Shown: piece after piece, positions 24,877-37,197 of the stretch
Layout of the letters: each line of letters opens with the position of its first letter
Numbering within the stretch: the stretch's first letter is position 1
NCBI RefSeq assembly: GCF_006345805.1
Contig: NC_043009.1
Span: 30,628,001 to 30,692,000 of the forward strand
Source of the DNA: Octopus sinensis
Taxonomy: Eukaryota
Reading direction: 5' to 3'
DNA: 64,000 nucleotides
The notes under the pieces: model-generated
Database searches by the model: none
The model's input: only the letters and a program-made list of their open reading frames with translations
What the model was told of the DNA's origin: nothing
Position numbers and translations under genes: made by a program

Positions 24877-24998
24877 CTGGTGAAGGCCGATTTATGGTGT
24901 TTCCCTCTGGTTTCCCGTCCTTAAAGGGTTTACGCCATAAAGTTAAGCCCTTTATGAACAGGAAACCCAGTGTAACTCCATAAATCAGCCTTCACCAG
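24877..24998. mobile_element. Fold-back MITE-like element, 122 bp
   Basis: Terminal 21 bp CTGGTGAAGGCCGATTTATGG / CCATAAATCAGCCTTCACCAG match 20/21; pairing continues imperfectly to a central ~8-nt loop; TA-rich flanks. Confidence 0.7.
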
Positions 24999-25267
24999 GA
25001 ATATATATATATATATATACTACTTTTGCAGATCACCACGTGTTTGCGGACCACAAGTTGGGAACCACTGATATAGAGTAAACAAATGATCAGTACAGGT
25101 AGTTATCCTAAATTAGAGGTATCAAACATTAACTTTATGCAATAACCTGATATACATCATAAAGTTGCAATCCCAATAAGAGCGTGATGAAAAGTTCTTC
25201 AAATACACTTTCATGCATTTCAGAAATCAGTTTAATATTTGTAAAGCACTTCCGTAACTTATTGGAA

Positions 25268-25652
25268 AGGTGCAGGAGTGGCTTACAGGCGCATGAGTGA
25301 CTGTATGGTAAGTAGCTTGCTTACCAACCACATGGTTCCGGGTTCAATCCCACTTCGTGGCACCTTGGGCGTCTTCTACTGTAGCTTTGTGGGTGGATTT
25401 GGTAGACGGAAACTGAAAGAAGCCCGTCGTATATATGTATATTTATATGTATGTGTGTGTATATGCTTGTCCCTCCAACATCGCTTGACAACCGATGCTG
25501 CTGTGTTTACGTTCCCATAACAGTGGTTCGGCAAAAGAGACCGATAGAATAAGTACTAGGCTTACAAAGAATAAGTCCTGGGGTCGATTTGCTCGACTAA
25601 AGGCGGTGCTCCAGCAAGGCCGCAGTCAAATGACTGAAACAAGTAAAAGAAT
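25268..25652 (+). mobile_element. SINE family C with partly duplicated head and internal deletions
   Basis: AGGTGCAGGAGTGGCTT then ACAGGCGCATGAGTGACTG; body and tail match 11403-11813. Confidence 0.85.
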
Positions 25653-26127
25653 AGTTGAGTAAGGTTACAAGGTTTTTACACTTTTGTCTTTTTATGGTTA
25701 TCTCACATAATCCTAACGGTTATCTGAGATATCACTCCAGCGCCCAAACAACAACAACTAGTGACCTTCTCCGATATTGTTTTCGAAGCCCGAAAGAATC
25801 TTTGACAACCAGACACCTCTGAAGCATAGACAATAGTTATTTCCATCAACCCCAATAATTGTTTGATTTTCTTTTTCCTTATATATATCAAGCGGAATAC
25901 ATCGCCATTCGGATTTTTAACAGAAAATAAAAGTATGAAAATGTTTACTCCTCACTGAGAGTGGCACAGAATAGCGAAGGGAAATTATTGGTTGAAGATA
26001 TCAGATAATCTTACTTGGAGACATGGGAGATGAGGGAAACCTTTGATATTTGCGGTAATGAAAATGGAAATGATTTGTACGCACTGATTGATCGATTGAT
26101 AGACAGACAGACAGACGGATAGATATT

Positions 26128-26197
<70 letters not shown>

Positions 26198-26234
26198 GGT
26201 AGGTAGGTAGGTAGGTAGGTAGGTAGGTAGGTAG

Positions 26235-26500
26235 ACAAGTTTCTTTATTAGCCACATAGGGGACAAAATACAATGTAGAGCTTTTTCTTTTCGGTGGGGA
26301 GAGGGAAAGGAGAAAAATAAAATTCCGATCAAAAGGGATCGTGAGAGAAAAAAAAAGACATCAAAAGGAATCGTGTATCATAGAAAAATTTTAAAGGTGT
26401 AAAAAGCAAGATTAGGTTTATCCGTGGGAACAAAAGCCTACGGAAAAAACCACAGTAACCTCAGGCAGGGAGGGAATAAACATATGAGAGCAAAGTGCTC
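26235..26500 (-). mobile_element. Probable 5'-truncated non-LTR 3' end in a GATA/GACA microsatellite
   Basis: - strand ends AATAAAGAAACTTGTCTAC followed by (CTAC)n(CTAT)n; unique sequence bracketed by tetranucleotide arrays. Single copy in the window. Confidence 0.4.
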
Positions 26501-27477
26501 TGTCTCTGTCTGTCTCTCTAAATAAATAGATAGACAGACAGACAGACACAGAGACAGACAGACAGACACAGAGACAGACAGACAGAGACAGATAGATAAA
26601 TATGGGGAGAAGTATGGCAAAAATATGTACGAACAAATAATATCAATCAATAATAATTACTAATTGAAAACAAACTTGCTAATTTAAACAAGGATTGCGT
26701 GACTTTTGGACATTCAATGCAACGGAACCTGTTTCTTTGAAACATTAAACTCGCCTCGGTTATGTTAATAATAACAAATCATTCACACAAATTTTTCGAA
26801 AGACAATTACCTTTACAAGGGCAATTACTCGGGATGAATAGCTTAGATTTACAGCATTCTGATTAAAAACTTATAATATTTATGAATCATCGAATCATTT
26901 TGAAAGGGAAAGACAAATTGCTCTCATATATCACCCTTTGTTTACATGCTTCGTACATGTATGTAGAATTGCATTATTTAGTGTTTTACTTTGGTTTTGT
27001 TTTCAAACCAAGCGTATCAATGACTATATTGAAAAACCGATAATGCATTTAATGAACGCTTGCAGTGACACTATTTGTTGCAGGTAACATATTTACATCA
27101 TAATTGAATAATACCAGATATTCAAATCGCAGCAACGAATGCCGTAACAAATGTCCATCTCTAAATACTTCCAAAAATTAACATCACTTAAAATTTCCAA
27201 TTCCGTTCACGCACGCACGCACATACTTACACGCACGCACGCACACACACACACACATACACACACACACACACACACATGCATGCACCCACGCATGCAT
27301 AAGGTGAGGTTTCTACGTATTTTTCATAAACATTCTTATATATATTTCTTTCTCTAGGATACGACATGCATTCTCAAAACAAAAATCATCTGCAATTTTA
27401 CTTCGCTAAATTTTACCAGTTTTACTTCAACGCCTTGTGCTAATCGACGATTACGTATGTGTGTGTGTGTGTGTGTG

Positions 27478-28296
27478 TAGAAGTGGTCTGATCAACAAGT
27501 ATACGGTCTGCTACCATAGTAACGAAGCTAAAGCAAGCAGAGTAAAGCAACTTGACACTGAATGAATTTGACCTCTACTGTGCATGCGCACTAAGTTTGA
27601 ACGTTCCAGCTCACTTCTGCTAGTTACAGCGGTGCTTGGAAGGAAGGTGCGTAGCACGTAGTTGTCGCATTGACCATGACGGAGAAAGTTGAGCAGATAA
27701 TCTGCATCAGATTTTGCCAAAAGCTTGGTGGTACCTGCTCAGAAGCCTACACAAAGTTTTCAAAAAAGTTTTCATCGTTCTCGACACAATCAAGGTTTTG
27801 TGCAACTGAAATCTGAGTGTCTTTTTGGTCAGTTGAAGGCAGTTTTGACACAAAATTGGCAGACGCGCTTCTTATTCCCAAATCTTCGGTGATAATGGAC
27901 TGAACTGAACCGTAACTATTCTGCAAATCCTCTGATAACTCATGGATGGTGATCCGACGATTTCCCCTCGCAGCCGCACGCACATCTGTGAAGTTTTTCT
28001 TAATTCTGCTGGTTGCGGGTCTCCAAGAACGTTCGTCAATATCGATAGTCCTTCGTCCATCTTGAGAGCGTCTGAACCATTCGTACACCTGTGAGCATCT
28101 CATACACTCCTCTCCATACGTTTTCTGCAACTTTGCGTAGGCCTCTGGGCAGGTATCGCCATGACAACTTTCTCTGTCCTTCCAAGCACTGCTGTAAACA
28201 GCGTTCAAGGTCGATCTTTCCCAAGCAGCTTTACTCTGTGTAATTGGGCTTCGTTACTAAGGCAACAGTCTGGATACTTATTGATCAGACCTCGTA
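27478..28296. mobile_element. Tc1/mariner derivative made of two inverted 5' halves
   Basis: Left arm (+): TIR-like GGTCTGATCAACAAGTAT, ATG 27676 MTEKVEQIICIRFCQKLGGTCSEAYTK. Right arm (-): TACGAGGTCTGATCAATAAGTAT, deleted leader, then GDTCPEAYAKLQKTYGEECMRCSQVYEWFRRSQDGR...RRITIHELSEDL...ENDENF (mariner HTH region). TA at both ends. Confidence 0.85.
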
Positions 28297-29398
28297 TGTA
28301 TGTTTGTGTGTGTATGTATATATACATGTATATGTGTATATATATACATATATATATATATCTATGAATATATATGTGTGTGGGTGGGTACGAGCATTAT
28401 ATACAACATATATATATAATGTATAATGTATATATTGTATCTACGTATGCTTTTATAAATACATCAGTTTGTGAGTACTCTTCTGTATATGCACATACTA
28501 ACTGCTATATACTTATAGATCTTTATACGCACACCTATCTACAAGTATATACTGATGCCTGACTGCGTGTATGTATATATATATATATATGGCTGTAGGT
28601 GTGTTCGCGTGCTCTTTGTCTATATATATTAGTTTTATCTTTTGCTTATCCATTTCGCAGCTGCTGATTTCGTTCACAATAATTAGTCATTATGAGAAGA
28701 CGTGCAAACGCAAAACATTGTGTTTACTTTAAGTAAATGCAATCCTTGCTCATTTTAAGTTCTTGTTTGTTTTGTTGTTGTTGTTGTTTTTTTTTATAGT
28801 GAATAACAGCAACTTTAATTGGAATATAATTCCCTCGGCAATAAGATTTCTTTGTTCGTATTTTGTTTTTCTCTTTCTCTATCATTTCTCTTTTCACCTT
28901 CTTTGTTTTCCCTCCTTTTCTCTGAAGTTATTTAATTACCTTGTACACCATCACACTAGAATTTCGGGCTTAAAGTTAACAATTGTGTGCTGTTATTGTG
29001 TATACAAAAATGTGTGTGTGAGAGTATATATGTGTGTGCGTGTGTGTGCGCATGCATGCATGTTTCAAAGCAGAGTTGGATGATACAACGTACTGAATAT
29101 GTTAGGTTTGATTATAATAAGCTGCAAGAAACAAAAGTAACCACAGCAAGTACAAACAACGATGTCTATTATGTGAGCTTACTTTCTTTGAAAGTGCTGC
29201 TTTCATATTTCTCACTCGAGATTAATCTACATCAACTCTGATAGAGGAGAACTTTGGCCAGACCTTTTCAAACCAAGACCATCTCGTCAGTTCTTTTCGT
29301 TTCTTTTGCGGTACGGTTATCTAGAATTATGTTAACTAGGACGTGGTCTTCTGTCTTTTAGGTAAAGTATTAAATTATCCGCTGCCATATTTGACCAG

Positions 29399-29610
29399 GA
29401 GGTGAGTGGGTTCAATCGCTGGCACACTGGAAGAAATGTTTAACAGTATTTCTGAGACCCTTCTCCATCCTAATTTCAAATTCCATCGTGGTCGACTTTA
29501 CCGTTTATCCTTTCAAGGTCGATGAAAAAAAGGTATCGGTTAAGCACTGGTGTATGAGTAATAGACTTACTCCTTCCTTAAAATTGCGGCCCTTGAGCCA
29601 ATTTTGAAAC
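29399..29610 (+). mobile_element. SINE family AB, tail B, old
   Basis: TTTCAAATTCCATCGTGGTCGACTTTACCGTTTATCCTTTCAAGGTCGAT...AAATTGCGGCCCTTGAGCC. Confidence 0.7.
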
Positions 29611-31372
29611 ACCTGTAACTAGAAGCATTATATTGGCCAATATTTCCTTTTATGAAGTCAGTGGGATTCGACTTGAAATCGTAGCGGAACGAGCGACCAC
29701 AAAGTGATTCGTTTGTTCTTTTCTTGTTTTTTTTTTCATTTGTGTTATAGTCAGTGTTTTCTGTTTCTCTTTGGATATGTTTGTGAAAATTTTCAAATAA
29801 GTAAGGAGTTATATAAATTGATTTTGCAATAAATAACAGCCGCCAGCTAAACTAAAGAGCAAACGTTCATGTGACAGGGTCTGTCTACCGAAAAAGAAAG
29901 ATTTCCACGTCTTGATAAACTAGGATGATACGTTTAAATCAAATTTGCATACTACTTGTTCGTGGCTATGTCTTCAATTTAATTACCTCCAGAATAGTTA
30001 AATCAATATTACTGATTATTTTATTTGGTTATTTATATTATCAATGATTTTTGTCTTTATTCTAGAATTGTTTTCTATCGTTTATTAATGTTGTTACAAT
30101 TTTATTTTTCGTTTGTTGTTGGCACTGTGTTCGTTTCTTATAAGTTTTAGAAATCCTCAGCACGACAGAAGTGCTTCTTAACCGAGTTACGCTATTTTTT
30201 TGTTACAGCATTGGCATTATGCCATATTCATTATCGAAGACAATATTATCTATAATATGCTCATGAAATAGTATATTTGGGTGAGAAAAGAATCCGTGGC
30301 AATTATCTTCGAGCCAACCACCTCATGTTGTCAACTAATTCGTGAAATGAGAGTCTGCTACGTTTCAGAGAATTATTGTGTTTGTTTCATTTAATTTATA
30401 TTTGCTTGTTGCTTTGAGTACGAGAATATTTGAGATGGTGGGTATATTTATTGATTCCAGCTCTGTTTAATCACTTTTATACAATGTAATTCTCTGTGGA
30501 AATAAATATATTTATTCAGAAAGTTGCTGAAAATGGATTAGAGATTATTGCCTGAGTAGTATTATAAAATTTACAGAGATTTGTAACTCGTACTTTCTAT
30601 GATTATTCTTCTTTTCCCAAACTTTTTCCTTTTTCATTACTTTTCCGTCTACTTAACCATCAATCTGATATCTATCTCTCTAATTCTTTTTCCATATTTC
30701 CAATAATGGTTCAGTAAGTGTAATCCGTATTAAATTCCCCGCTATATTCTCAGAAAATATTATTTAGTACACAAAATCCACTGTTTCGAAAATATAACAG
30801 TCGTTGTTGGCATCATCCACTCCAGTTGGCGGTAACTTGAATATGCAACTTCACCGTGCGTCATCTTATCAACAAAGCACGCCATTTCCGTGTATAATGT
30901 AAGTGCATGATGCCAAGTCTACCTTGTTTTACGATTCATTATTTTCCTATTAACTCACAAATATTGTTTCCATCCACTATTCGCAATCCACTTAAATTAC
31001 ATCTCTATAATGACGCAGTTATTCCCCACGTACCTTAGCCAACGCTTCCAGCGTGATAGTTATTTATTCATTTGCTAATCTCTTGAACTAATCCTGTGTT
31101 ATCAGTTGATAATGGGATTGTATACATATTTACCATAAAATATCACAAATTATTATGTATGCATTTAATAATCTTTCTTCGTGTTACTCTCAAGAATCAC
31201 CACAGTTCAGTTTTAATAACCGAATTTAGCAAAGCATACGCATGGGAAATAACTCTTTTCGGCAAAGAAGGCTGATCTCTTTATTTATTTATCTATCATA
31301 AATTCAATGAGAACACTTTGCGCTAACATACATACATACATACATACATACATACATACATACATACATACA

Positions 31373-31403
<31 letters not shown>

Positions 31404-31408
31404 CCTTG

Positions 31409-31464
<56 letters not shown>

Positions 31465-31621
31465 TAAACTAATTCGAGCAATATATTCGTGCTCGGTGCC
31501 GAGGTAAATGAATTAGATTTAGCATATATAGAAATGTGAACATTTTGTATATGCTCTTCTGGGCACGTGATATTCGTATGAGTATATATAAATGTTTATA
31601 ATTATGTACGTTGAGTTGTAC

Positions 31622-31678
31622 ACCATACTGATGACGGTAAAGGGAGTTACGTCTCTAAAATAGAAATCGATCTATGGT
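31622..31678 (+). ncRNA. Candidate degenerate type I hammerhead motif
   Basis: ACCAUA-CUGAUGA-(28 nt with a 5-bp hairpin but unpaired base)-GAA-AUCGAU-C-UAUGGU: 6-bp stem I and palindromic stem III. Confidence 0.35.
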
Positions 31679-31973
31679 TAAACTTTTTTTTTAAAATCGT
31701 TTTTGTTCACTTCCTTCGCTCTTAGCTCCTGCCAATGTGGTAAGTAATGTAGTTCTTAGAGCCATTTGGCGACTATTTCTAGCATGTAGCGCTACTCATT
31801 ACTGCCCTTATTATAATTGTATTTATACGATTATATATTTTGTATTCATTATATATATTCTTTTACTTGTTTCACTCATTTGACTGCAGCCATACTGGAG
31901 CACCATATATATATATTATATATATATATATTATATATTGAGAGAGAGAGAGAGAGAGAGAGTAGAGACCACA

Positions 31974-32016
<43 letters not shown>

Positions 32017-32988
32017 TATATATATGATTTTTAGATTCCTACTGTCTCATATGAATTTGAGGAGCAATTTCAGCAGCTTGTTACATCTATTAATTTCTTA
32101 CATTTATATTTTGCTTTCTAATTCTTCTAGATTACAATACTTATTTGTTAATATTACTCATACAATGTGCTTTTAACGTTATTATAATCAAACACTTCGG
32201 AGCTTGCATCTTGTAAATTGCACCAGTGGGCTTTAAACATATGGATTTGTACAGATGGCTTTCTAAAATATAAATTGCTCTTTTCCTTTCATACAACGTA
32301 CACATCACAATTGCATTTAAAATGGCACGCAGAACAATCACATGTGTGACCCGTTCTTTTTCTCGGAGATATTTCTTTCGTCCGTTGCACAAGAAAAGCT
32401 ATTTGAGAATTGTCAATTCTGTAATAAGATATACCTCGATAAGACAAGATTAGTTTTGTCAATATCATCTTGAATTGAGCAAGTGTTCGACGTAACCTCT
32501 TCGGTTTTATATGCCTAGCGATAACTAAATACACATCAACAGAGTCTGGGTTTCAAATAAATCTCTCGCATTATATTCAAGTAGATATGATACAATGGAG
32601 TATTCCAGCAGTGCCGGAAAGCGACACGTTTCACCACATTTTACCATAACTGACAATAGCTTTTTCTTAATCCTATCATGATCTGACACAGAGCATTTCC
32701 TTCTGTAAATAATCCTTGCTTCACCGCAAATCCTTCTTAAATACGATTCAGCATCAAGAACAGAGTTAAGAGTAAGACACAGATATCCATCTAACCATTT
32801 TCACCATCCTGATCAGTCTATTCTCTCATTGTTATTTGCCGGGTTTTCAAAGTATTTCTAAAAATTTTCTTTACATTTTTGTTCTTGTTTTAGTTATTTT
32901 TATTCAATTGTTATTCCTCTTCTTTTTCTTCTCCTCCTCCTCCTTTTCATTTTCTTCTTCCTATTATTATTATTATTATTATTATTAC

Positions 32989-33074
<86 letters not shown>

Positions 33075-33075
<1 letters not shown>

Positions 33076-35700
33076 TAGTCTTATTTTTATCACGTACTTT
33101 CATGGCACTCTCAAGCACAGCTCTGTGTGCCTTGATTATGTGCTGTGGTTTGTTGTGATGCACTTATTTTTATCTCTATTTCTAGATTCTTCTAATTTGA
33201 AAGTTTCTCTGTATCTTTTAGAGAAACATTGTCATCAGTTGGTGTCGATACCTCAATTAGAAAGAATTTTTTTCTTACTGATCTCTCACAACGATATCTG
33301 GCCTAATTTATCTATCTGTGTGTATTGGCATATCCCAGATTATGGTTGCTTTCTCATTTTTTGTGACCATTTCTGATGTGTGCCTATACCATCTTTTTTC
33401 TTTTTTTATTCCATAGTGTTGGCATAGCTTCCAGTGTACATAGGTCGCAACTCTGTCGTGTCTGTGAATATATTCCTTCTTAGCTAGGACTGGGAAGACA
33501 GGGACAACATAATGTATTGTTTCTTCTACATCTCCAAATGTTCTGCAGTTACATGTTTTATTTCTTTTCATTACATGTTTTTGTTAATTTCTGGTGGGTA
33601 GGCTTTGGTCTTGTGCTGCAATTAAAAATCCTTCAGTCTCTGCTTTGAGACTTAAGCTTCTCAGCCATTGTCGGGATTTTACTTTGTCTATTTCTTTTCT
33701 GTTTAGTTCAACCCAGTATTTGCCATGAAGGGGCTTTTCTTGCCATCATTTTATCATGATCCGTTGCTTTTCTAGCTTTAGTTTGTATCTCAATTGCTTT
33801 ACAGCTTTCGTTGTTTCTTCTTTTTTTTTCACAATTGTTTGCTACTATGACTTCTTTTTTATATTTGTCAGCTTCCTTAAAACCTGAAAACAGTTTTTTT
33901 TGTTTCGTGGCTATTTGTATTTAGTTTTCCTTGCTTCTGAAGTAGCTAATTTTGTAGTCCTATGGTGGTTATTTTGCAATAGTTTTCTAGATGTATAAGG
34001 TCTCTACCACCTTCGATATGTTGTATATATAACCTTTCTAGGTCAGATTTTGGATGGTGATTCCTAAATCCTGTCATTATTTTCTTGTTTTCCTGTCTAT
34101 TTTGATCAGTTCATTTACAATCCAGTCAAGAACATTGTAGCTGTAACTTATTACTGGGGAAGCTAGATTGTTGATACCTATAATCTTGTTTCTCACATTG
34201 AGCTCTGTTTTCAGTAATAATTTGTCTCGTCTACAGTATTCTTTTCTTATCTTCTCTTTCATTTCTGCGTGTTGTATCATATCTAAGTATTTGTATGTCT
34301 GGCTTTGGTCTAATTCTCTTATTTCATTTGCTTTATCTATTGTGATGTTGTTACTCTTATGTAGTTTTCCTCTTTTCAAGGTTACTTAGGCACGTTTTTC
34401 TAAGCCAAATTTCATGTTTACATCTTTGGTAAATCCATGTACCGCCTGTAGTAATGTTTCCAGCTGTTTATCATTTGTAGTGTACAGTTTTAGATCATAC
34501 ATATATAAGAGGTGGCTGATTGTTTTGCCGTAACAGTTGTATTTATATCCAGTTCTGTTTAGCATGACAGATAGAGGTATCATTGCAAAGCAGAGAAGGA
34601 GTGGAGAGAACATGTCTCCCGGGAATATTCCTCATCTAATGCGGATGGGTTTGATTTTTATGATTTCCTCTTTTGACTGGAGCTGTAGCGATGTCTGTAA
34701 TTTATTCATGGAATGTTCTGTGCATTTTATGATTATTGGTGCTACCTTGTTCATGGCTGGTGTTTCAAGGATCCATACAGTGGGGATACTATCAAGAGCC
34801 TTTCGGTTAATCAATCCAGACCATACTTAGACCCTTCTTTCTGTGGCTGTCTTCAGTTATGGCTTTATTGATCAGTAGATGATCTTTACCGCCGTATGAG
34901 CCCTTGCAACATCCCTTCTCTTCTAGAAACAGGTTGTTTATTTCCAGATGTTTGCTCATTTTCTGTGATATTATTTCAGTAATTTTGTGGGTTTGTCGTT
35001 TCAGTGGATTTGGGAATTAGGAGAGTTTTTCATTCCATGAGTCATTCAGGCATTGTCTCTGGCTCTACTAGTATTTCATTAAATTTCTCAGCCAGCTTTT
35101 AATATGTTCCTGTCGGGTATTTTAAGCAGAAGTTGGGGATCTTGTCGTGCCCAGGAGCCTTCCAGTTGCTTAGGTTTTCGAGTACCTAGGTGACCTCTTC
35201 AGTTATTATAGGGGTCCAGAGTTGTTCAGATGTTGTGTTAGTTGTTTTAATAGACCTTTTCTGAGATTGTTCCTTCGCCGACCACATTTCTTTCCAGAAT
35301 TCTTCCATTCCTTCTGTTGGTGCTGCATTGATCTCATTTTTATTTTTGCCAAAGTTCTTGGTAGAATATTTTAGGGTTGGAGTTGAACTGTTTGTTTTGT
35401 TCAAAGAAACGTTGCCATTTCTCTTACCAGCGGTTTCTTTGTGCTTTGGCTAGGATATCTTGCTTTAGCTGTTCTTTTATCTCAGACATAATTTGTTCTG
35501 TAATTTTGTATTTATGTAGTAATTTTCTTCTCTTCTTGTTGCTTCGAAGTGTTGATTGTCTTCTAGGCTTGACAGGCTTTAAGGTTTGTCATTAAGGCTT
35601 GACAGATCCTTTCTCCTATTTACTTGTTTTTTTTTCTGAATATTATTTATCCACAGGGCTTGTTTAGGTGGTGATGCTCCTGTTTGGATGGATTATATTG
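33075..35700 (-). mobile_element. Decayed R4/Dong-type non-LTR retrotransposon (RT plus restriction-like endonuclease), 5'-truncated
   Basis: RT: FSPLLLCFAMIPLS...HLLYMYDLKLYTTNDKQL (YMDD-like), YKYL; zinc knuckle/RLE: CRTFGDVEETIHYV...RHDRVATYVHWKLC...WDMPIHTDR*IRPDIVV...LIEVSTP. Many stops and frameshifts. (TAT)n on both sides. Confidence 0.85.
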
Positions 35701-35738
<38 letters not shown>

Positions 35739-35739
35739 T

Positions 35740-35960
35740 GGTTTGACTCAGGATTTATGTGGGTAGCGGCTTACTACATATAACCTTAGGTATCCACAAG
35801 TTTTCATTTGTCTTTCAAGTCTTTAGAGCCCTCTTGATACTCTTTGCTGTTCCTAAGAGACAAACTTTCTTCTTTCAGCCATTTGTCTATATCTTTCCTT
35901 ACTGTTTCTAACATGCCAATTATCATAGGTACAACCTTTACAGTTCTCAGACACAACCTT
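35740..35960 (-). mobile_element. 3' fragment of a second RLE-type LINE
   Basis: - strand LRTVKVVPMIIGMLETVRKDIDKWLKE then CLLGTAKSIKRAL, the typical RLE C-terminus; its 3' end abuts (TAA)n. Confidence 0.7.
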
Positions 35961-36852
35961 TACAGTACTCATAAAACGGTGTGTATGCGATGGCACCTGT
36001 GGTTTCAAGGTTAGGAAATGTCAAGCAGTTAGATTCAGATTACATCCAAAATGACACTGGAGTACAAATATACGAAGCCCAATATACCCATCATAGCAAC
36101 CCATATCGCCAGCTACTAATGGACATTCTCAACTGCTTAAGCTCAAATAACTGGCAAGCAAATCTGTAACCCATCTTCTACACCAAACCAAAACATCTAC
36201 ATAATAACACTTCCAATCAGTTAAGATCAGATGACATGAAGAAGAGTCAGTGGTATTGCATCAGAACATTTGTTGTTACTGTCGACGACAGATTTGAAGA
36301 GAGATGAGACATGGTAATCCAGTAGCACCATTAGCAGTAAAAAAGTAAAATAAAGATAAGACAGATCAAGAACTTAGATGAAATGTAGAGCAGCAACTGA
36401 TACAACAACAACGACTTCAGTTGTAATAGAATATAGAAAAGCAAAAACAAAGAAAAACAACAGGAACAATAGCCATAACAGCAGCAAAAATTAACGCTCT
36501 GCAATCCAATTTCATTGCTCTTTGGAAGGACAAAAGCGAGTTCATGGCGGTCATGAACATCAGTATAAAGGATTACGAACGAAGGAATGGGGCAAAACTA
36601 ACTGAATAAATCTATAAAGACATTTCTGATGGAGACAATACAAGCAATGCACTGGGGGAGCTTTATATATCTCTGCATGATATATAGTGGGGATGTTCAA
36701 ATGAAACCAAGAACGCAAATACATGAGAGGCAAAGCAGGAATTGCCAGAACAAGAAGTGAAAGAGTGCTGGATTATCAACATTTAAAATATTCCCCTTCA
36801 TTTCACAAGCCTATGTTTCACGTTTAGAAGCATGTTATTAATGTATGTGTTC

Positions 36853-36902
<50 letters not shown>

Positions 36903-37197
36903 GTTTAACGCCCGTTTTCCATGCTAGCATGGGTTGGATGTTTCGACCGGGGTCTGGGAAGCCAGGAGGCTGCACCAGTCTCCAGTCTGATCTGGCAGTG
37001 TTTCTACAGCTGAATGCCCTTCCTAACGCCAACCACTCCGTGAGTGTAGTCGGTGCTTTTTACGTGCCACTGGCACAGGTGCCAGGGGAGGCTGGCAACG
37101 TCCACGATCAGTTGGTGGTTCTTACGTGCCACCTACACGGAAGCCAATCAAGGCGGCGCTGGCATCGGCCACGTACGGATGGTGCTTTTTAGGTGCC
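36903..37197 (-). mobile_element. 5'-truncated SINE-like retroposon with (GAT)n tail and internal ~65-bp tandem units
   Basis: Tail is (CAT)n at 36854-36902 on +. GGTTGGCGTTAGGAAGGGCAT motif (37011-37034, -) resembles the Nin/Inv domain (recalled). GGTGCTTTTTACGTGCC recurs at 37052, 37114, 37181. Confidence 0.65.
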
